A DNA stretch of 63,039 nt, filler included, from Globobulimina sp. (taxonomy: Eukaryota), in the NCBI GenBank assembly GCA_003354225.1. It is 28 parts of 28 records of this genome, joined end to end, with 100 filler letters (N's around TTAATTAATTAA, not from the genome) between each part and the next. Parts side by side here need not be neighbours in the genome. Positions count along the whole stretch, not along the records: positions 60,887 to 63,039 come from PIVH01008593.1; 27 more parts are not named here. One strand, given 5' to 3'. Shown here piece by piece: positions 60,887 through 63,039 of this stretch (position 1 is the first letter of the stretch; every line of letters starts with the position of its first letter). The notes beneath the pieces were generated by a model. The model saw only the letters and a list, made by a program, of their open reading frames with translations, was not told the origin of the DNA and searched no databases. The position numbers and the translations under genes are program-made.

Positions 60887-62593
60887 CAGCCGTATATCGA
60901 TAAGAAATGCACAGATAATGAGAATTGTATTCATTTGCAACGAGCAAAAAGAAAGAAAAATAGATATAAAAGTTTCAAAGAGAAACAAGATTACTTTCAC
61001 TGTAACAATTGGAGAGATTATGTGTATATAAGTTATTTAGATCGGATACATTCATTCATATTCCATTCAACCAATGGCCCAAAACTAAGAAATGACGCTT
61101 CCACAATTAAAAAATACACCAAATACCCAATTTATTCGCATGGCGTCTTCATTCAATATGATGTGTTGTCGCCGTTGCACGTCAATCTGAAGCAGGAATT
61201 GACAAAAAACCGAGCGTACAGTATCAGTGAGGCAGCATTCGAGAATACATTGACTGAATCAAAGGAAAAGATGAAGACAGACAAATGGCAGAAAGAGACG
61301 CAAAACGAATGGCGGGCCACAGAGACCAACGAAGCGTACGGCATTCAAATAAATGATAGCATTTCGATTGAATGTATACTGTGCATCCAATCATATTGCA
61401 GCAACTCCGAATTATGCAGCACATTTCGGGAAAGTTACAGAGCCATAAACTATAACGACGACAATACAAAAATCATCAAATATCACCAAAACAATTATTA
61501 TTGGATGGGACGGTTTATTTACACTGCGATCCATTTCTTTGGTGAGAGACCGACAGAAATCTTCTACCACGGCTTGCGGCATTTGTTTTTATTCAATTCC
61601 TTTGCGACAATATTTGAGACACCGACGTCGACCACAAAGGATTGGACCATCGCAAGGAACAAATTCACCGATTTGGGGGCTGGCATTGTATTGAAACTAT
61701 CGCCAAAATATAAAAATGAATTGAATATCAGCAAATGTTTGAATGTGTCGTTGTTGTCGTCCTATGACGAAGAAGAAGAGCAATTATTTGCGGGAATGAC
61801 AGTTTTGTCCATTATCGACATTGGATATTCGTTCCAGAATAAGTGGTATTGGTTAGATGCGGGCTGTAGAGCCATTTTGTATTTTGAGAAATTGTGCCAA
61901 CAAACAATAAATCAAAGAGAATATTATCAACACGGAAGCTTGAAACCGAAATTGCAGAAATTGCATTTAGTGCCATTGCTAAAGCACCAAATGAATAGAA
62001 ATCGGCCATTTGCACATATAAATGGAGCGGAAAAGGGAGAGGAAAAGAATCGGGAATATATTCTAACTCTATTTGAACATTTTTGTGACTCGAAAAGAGA
62101 TTATATCGACTTATCGTGCATCAAATATGAAGTCAAGCAAATGCATCAATCGTTGAAACAGATATTATTTATGCAACATAATGAAAATAGCAAAGTATTA
62201 CTAAACAACGACTCATTGGAACTGATCTTTCCAAACTTGAAAGGATATAAAAACCATCTCGGATATCAACGAAAATTGCACCATTCTCTCTGTTTAGAAA
62301 AATGCGAAATTAATGAAATAATTTATATCTTAATACATTATGTCTTTCTAATATTAAATGCGCAGTTTATAAAAATGTGGAGACCTTTACAGAAATATAA
62401 AGCACAAATTATACAATTTATTCACTATTATAAAATTAATGGGAAACAATTGTCGAACATGAAAAGAAAGCATTTTGGTGAGAAATTGACTCATTATTTG
62501 AATAATAAACAATTAATGGCGGCGGCCATGAAAATAAGAAAAATATACAGCGACGATATGGAAATAATTGTCAATTATTGCGAATCTCATTGA
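60887..62593 (+). CDS. ADP-ribosyltransferase-like protein, 5'-partial, with extra C-terminal helical domain
   Basis: CIQSYC...FRESYR, FYHGL, TPTSTT, GAGIVLKL, SSYDEEEEQLFAGM. Paralog of 22880-24481. Confidence 0.72.
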   Translation, partial: QPYIDKKCTDNENCIHLQRAKRKKNRYKSFKEKQDYFHCNNWRDYVYISYLDRIHSFIFHSTNGPKLRNDASTIKKYTKYPIYSHGVFIQYDVLSPLHVNLKQELTKNRAYSISEAAFENTLTESKEKMKTDKWQKETQNEWRATETNEAYGIQINDSISIECILCIQSYCSNSELCSTFRESYRAINYNDDNTKIIKYHQNNYYWMGRFIYTAIHFFGERPTEIFYHGLRHLFLFNSFATIFETPTSTTKDWTIARNKFTDLGAGIVLKLSPKYKNELNISKCLNVSLLSSYDEEEEQLFAGMTVLSIIDIGYSFQNKWYWLDAGCRAILYFEKLCQQTINQREYYQHGSLKPKLQKLHLVPLLKHQMNRNRPFAHINGAEKGEEKNREYILTLFEHFCDSKRDYIDLSCIKYEVKQMHQSLKQILFMQHNENSKVLLNNDSLELIFPNLKGYKNHLGYQRKLHHSLCLEKCEINEIIYILIHYVFLILNAQFIKMWRPLQKYKAQIIQFIHYYKINGKQLSNMKRKHFGEKLTHYLNNKQLMAAAMKIRKIYSDDMEIIVNYCESH

Positions 62594-63039
62594 CTCTCTT
62601 TCTTTCTTGTTTGTAAATTGTAAATATTTTTGTTTTGTTGATAGTTTGCGATTAAATTATATGAAGTATGAACAAACAAACAAAGTCATCATAAACACCA
62701 TGAACATATCCTGATATCCATAACCATAACGAGCCTGTAATTCTTGTGGAAGATGCAAACGATATCCACATCGACAGTGTTGACAATTATAATGACAATG
62801 ACGTTGAACATCATCATCATACACATACACATGATCCCGTTGTACACTCTGTCTTTCGTAAAATGGGATGTCTCATTTGCTTTGGTTAAGTTTTTATTTA
62901 TGTATTCACTCAATAATTATGCATCATTTTCCGTGCATTTTAATGTATTACTTGCTCCGATATTTGCAATTTTAACTTATTTGGTCTTGTCGTGTATTAC
63001 GTTTATGTTTAATTATAATGTGAATGGTATGGATGAGGA

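Noticed and set aside
1-63039. Alternative genetic code (stop reassignment) explaining split ORFs
   Set aside because: Breaks are resolved by in-phase GT-AG introns, and TAA, TAG and TGA all terminate recognisable genes.

Overview
This window is not one locus. It is 28 unrelated short contigs of 2,157 down to 2,153 bp, sorted by decreasing length and joined by identical 100-bp linkers (44 N + TTAATTAATTAA + 44 N), so gene neighbourhood only has meaning within a contig. Most contigs come from an AT-rich, gene-dense eukaryote using the standard code with short GT-AG introns (about 47-136 nt). The repertoire (coiled-coil/FN3/SPRY proteins, VWA, ART-like family, 7TM-like proteins) suggests a rhizarian protist such as a foraminiferan, which is inference only. 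Recognisable host genes include an SLC10 symporter, RING-H2 ligase, zf-CW+BRCT protein, ERMP1-like M28 peptidase, CLK kinase, PhyH dioxygenase, SDH3, mitochondrial ACP, ERI1-like exonuclease, PH-BEACH protein, choline transporter-like protein, divergent EF2 and a MAPK. The non-host or accessory pieces are the most interesting. (i) A Polinton/adintovirus-like contig carries an integrase, a core-protein-like gene, a spliced small gene and a Pol III tRNA-like gene with an 11-nt anticodon loop. (ii) A Mimiviridae-like contig has an MTase plus putative endonuclease, with AAAATTGA upstream of three consecutive genes. (iii) There is an intron-containing RelA/SpoT-like synthetase fused to a SAM domain. 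(iv) Two paralogous ADP-ribosyltransferase-like genes have an H-S-E signature. (v) A bacterial-type cytidylyltransferase-GHMP kinase appears to be split by one intron. Several contigs look chimeric, with short bacterial or algal fragments. All family assignments come from motif recognition by eye; no searches were run.
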